A stretch of 64,000 bases of DNA from Hormiphora californensis (lineage: Eukaryota > Animalia > Ctenophora), in contig CM035350.1 in the NCBI GenBank assembly GCA_020137815.1, positions 6,014,001 to 6,078,000 on the forward strand. Reading direction: 5' to 3'. The notes beneath the pieces are model-generated. The model was not told the origin of the DNA. It saw nothing but the letters and a program-made list of their open reading frames with translations, and did not search any database. Made by a program: the position numbers and the translations under genes. Numbering within the stretch: position 1 is the stretch's first letter; every line of letters starts with the position of its first letter. Below, piece after piece: positions 60,367 through 64,000 of this stretch.

Positions 60367-61479
60367 TATACCATACTTCCGGACACACAATTACAACATA
60401 ATTTACAGTGGCCGTGTGTGTCGCACACCATGCCAGGACAATGCTCTGACCACAGGCCGCACTTTGTTGAGTAATTCAACAAGTCGTGATGCAAGTCGTA
60501 TTACCCTGTCCGCTACTAAAAACTACAACTGTACTTCAGGATAGATTTAAACAAGCAGCATGATTTAACAATTGAAACGATCCATATATGGAACTATTTA
60601 TAAATAGTTCAGTTATCTATTTACACTGTAAACCCTAGACCTGGTAGTGGCATAAGCTATTATAGCTACCCCTCCCTAATCCATGTGACTGTGATACTCG
60701 CCCAACTAAGATACACTGACCTACCATTTATCAAAGCCAGAATATATGATCAATAAACCAGGGCGCTAAAAGCTTCTCTATAGTGGGGGATCAACTGCTA
60801 AAAGTTTCTCTCTAGTGGGGGATCAACTGCTTACTCTCGTTCATCAAGTTGTTATCGAAAGAGGAACACTAGGAACAAGGTTGGTGACATAGACACCTGG
60901 CGCCAAGGAACAAGGTTGCTGTAAAAAGGTATCATCAATTTATAGAAAGGAATCTGTGACGCGGCAGCACAGTACAACACACGTCACACACAAGGCTTTC
61001 TATAATGGCTTTCTATAATGGCTGCCTGATTGCTGTACTATCAATAAAAGAGAGCAAGGTGAGAAAGGGAGCAATATAATAGCCCGCGATACAAGTGATC
61101 CACCACTCCTTTCCCAATATAATGGTACATCATGTACCATTGTATTGAGAATAAGGAGAAAGGTCAGAAAGGATAGGTTTATTAATGCATTTAAATTTTG
61201 TTGTGCAAGTTATTAACTTCCTCGCCCATTACATTATTATACCAAAAATGTATTAGGTTATCAACTGGGGTAGTGTCTAGGTTTATTAGCTATTGGGAGT
61301 ACCAATATCATTACTCAGACCATGCAGTGGTTATTAGCAAGCTATTCAGAGTGGTTAGTTCGGGAAGAATAATGTACTAACATAACGATAAATCTGATGG
61401 CAGCAACATATATAATAAGTATGTTCTTTGTATGTACTCTCTCCCACTCTCTCCTCTTTCTCTCTATCTTGCTCTCTTG

Positions 61480-61510
<31 letters not shown>

Positions 61511-61588
61511 GTCAGCGAGGTGTTATCGAGAAACAATAGACATTACTTATTGAGTAACCACTAATATATATATATAAAACATATATAT

Positions 61589-62003
61589 ATACTAGATCCA
61601 AAAACCAAACAAGTTTGGTGGATAGCCGGGGCCGCAGAAATTAAAAAACATGCGAAAGTTTTGATACATGAACTTTCGGGGCCTGGGGTGCTGTTAAATT
61701 CGCGTTTCCATGATTATGACCAGCAACATTTTCAAACTATACGCCAGGAAAACTATCGCAATGATCAAATTATCGTTATTTTTTATTCACATTATCATAC
61801 GTACAGATCCACACATGTGTCAAATATAATGTGGGCTGTTTTACAGAATAATAGTGTGTTTTAAAAGAACGGCTGACTATCATGGAAACGCGAATTTAAC
61901 AGCACCCCAGGCCCCGAAAGTTCATGTATCAAAACTTTCGCATGTTTTTTAATTTCTGCGGCCCCGGCTATCCACCAAACTTGTTTGGTTTTTGGATCTA
62001 GTA
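61589..62003. mobile_element. MITE with about 125-bp TIRs
   Basis: ATACTAGATCCAAAAACCAAACAAGTTTGGTGG... / ...CCACCAAACTTGTTTGGTTTTTGGATCTAGTAT. Confidence 0.85.
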
Positions 62004-62024
62004 TCAGGCATTTTGTTATACATA

Positions 62025-63160
62025 CTTATCGCGATAACTAATCGCGATAAAAATTATAACGGATTCGTGATTATTTAGTTATCGCGATTAGCTATCGCGA
62101 TTACCTATCGTGATTAGCTATTGCAATTAGCTATCCGCGATTGGTTATTATGATATTATTACTTACTCACGATAAGTTATGGTGGTTAGTTATCCGCGAT
62201 TACTATTATTCATTAGTTATCAGCGATTGATATCCGCGATTGGTTCTCCGAGATTGTTCTATGATTTTGATCATTAGTCACGGATAATTATCACGGATAA
62301 ACATTGATAATCAGATATATCTGATACAATCAGGTTCTAGATGCTAATTCGCTCTTTTCTCGGTGGTTTTTAAAATCGTCTTATATTTAAGACAGTTATA
62401 ACTCTAGATATGACTAACAATTATAACTGAAAATGCGGCAGTAAACCTAGTTTAATAAAATATATCTGATTCAATGTTAATTTAGACTCTGAATCGCTCC
62501 TTTTTAGGCGTTTTTAAAATCGTCTTAAATTTAAGACAGTCATACATCTAGATATGACTACCAATTATACCTCAAATTACAGCAGTTGACATACGTTGGC
62601 AAAATATATATGATAAAATCATGATTTATAGTTAAATTTGCCCTTTTCTAGGTTTTTTTGAAAATCGTCTTAAATCTTAATACAGTCATATGCCTATAAC
62701 TGAAGAACCGTAACTCGGATTTGCTTGAAATTTTGAACGTGTGTTCAATATGTCAAGGCAATACCACGTACCAAGCGGCGTATTCGTAGAACGACGGGAA
62801 GGCTGTCTTAAACGCCAAAGAAAACTTAAGACTGTCATAACTTTTGTTATGACTCTCCGTTTATTCTGTCCAAGCTTTAATACAAGGTTCACCACTAGAC
62901 CTACCGACTCCCAAAGTTTCATGGCGATAGCTTTAAAACTGTGGCCCCCATCGTGTACGCAAAAAGGTCGTTACTTTACGGTCGTTCGTCACGCTAAAAA
63001 CGGACATTTTGTCCAAAACACGACCCTCTGTAGCGCAAAAACCGTAACTCCAATTTGCATGAAATTTTGAACGTGTCCTCTAGGTGTCAAGGCAACACGA
63101 ACTACCAAGCGGCAAGTTCGTAGGACAACGGGAAGATTGTCTAAAACAAAGTTGAAATTG
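62025..63160. repeat. Compound degenerate tandem repeats
   Basis: ATCGCGATT-type array at 62025-62245, units starting AAAATCGTCTTA at about 62372, 62517 and 62661, and a duplicated block at about 62707 and 63040. Confidence 0.65.
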
Positions 63161-63540
63161 CCGATTTCAGACAATAAGTATAGTAGCGCTGTCAGAATTT
63201 TCAAAAATTTTCAAAAATTATTTTTCGTAATTTCGAATTTCCATTTACTGGAAGGAAGAATGCTTGGAGGAGGGATATTTTTAGGGGAAGTTTGGTTGGG
63301 GGGAGGGAGGATTGGGCCCCGGGCGCTTGCCAGCGCTATGATAAATATATAACCTGTCAGGGCAACACTCTGACCACGGTTCTCACCTGTCAGAGAATTG
63401 GCCCGACCCATTCTCGTCGAGAGAACTGTGGTCACTGGTCAGAGCATTGGCCTGACCCCAGTGTTATTGCTGAATTTGGGTGGTTACTAACCACCCAAAT
63501 TCAGCAATAACACTGGGGTCAGCTCGGTAGCTGGAATCTA

Positions 63541-64000
63541 AATACTTACTTACTTGACTTAAGGCGGGTGGAATTCCCGAACGCCTTGAACAAGTTTTCT
63601 CCACGCATCACGTTCCTCCATCACTGAAGCTATCTCCTTCACGTCACTCAGACCCGTATCTTGCCGTAGAACGTCCACAAAGGTTTTCTCAGGTCTGCCA
63701 CGTTTGGCTTGACCATGGAGCGGTTCCCAAAGAAGAACTCTATGGAGGGTTAGCTCAGGATGACGTTGAGCGTGACCGGCTAGACGTAGTCTGCGTTCTG
63801 CTATTTTCGTGCTGAGGATAGGTAGCCCTCCAACAACAACGTTCCATTGGTCATACGGAGTTGCCACTGGTTCTTGTTGAGCGCGATTCTCAATCTCAGC
63901 ATCCGGGTGTATGTTCCATTGAGGCTCTTCTCCATTTGTTTGGTTAGGGTCCACGTTTCACAGCCATAGAGGAGGACGGTTTCGACGGTAGCTACAAACA
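63541..64000 (-). mobile_element. 3' end of an RTE-clade LINE (continues beyond the window)
   Basis: RRLRLAGHAQRH...LLWEP...KRGRP...WR is the RTE C-terminus, followed by a very short 3' UTR and (TAAG)n tail. Confidence 0.88.

Overview
This is eukaryotic, intron-rich animal DNA with no prokaryotic features. The short GT-AG introns and two small repeats I recall from Pleurobrachia-type ctenophore sequence suggest a ctenophore, but that is an inference. Five spliced genes can be reconstructed with phase-consistent exons: an SLC6 amino-acid-type transporter (+), ARL5 (+), a SON-like G-patch/dsRBD gene (-), RAB23 (+) and a CHST/HNK-1-type carbohydrate sulfotransferase (-). There are two intronless genes: an MDR/quinone-oxidoreductase-like ORF, and a 1015-aa putatively secreted protein that fills almost a whole SLC6 intron in antisense. 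Mobile DNA is dense: several L2/CR1-group LINEs (one with an intact ORF2), a TSD-flanked Ingi/I-type LINE with RNase H and a 2A-like peptide, an RTE fragment, an ORF1-only derivative, and many MITEs and foldback palindromes. The most unusual observations are the nested antisense orphan gene and a 5' intron built almost entirely from a 38-bp repeat of [branch point - pyrimidine tract - AG - ATG]. Also notable are a triplicated start exon in the sulfotransferase and a 1.3-kb near-perfect foldback a few bases after that gene's stop codon. Homopolymer frameshifts suggest consensus errors in this assembly.
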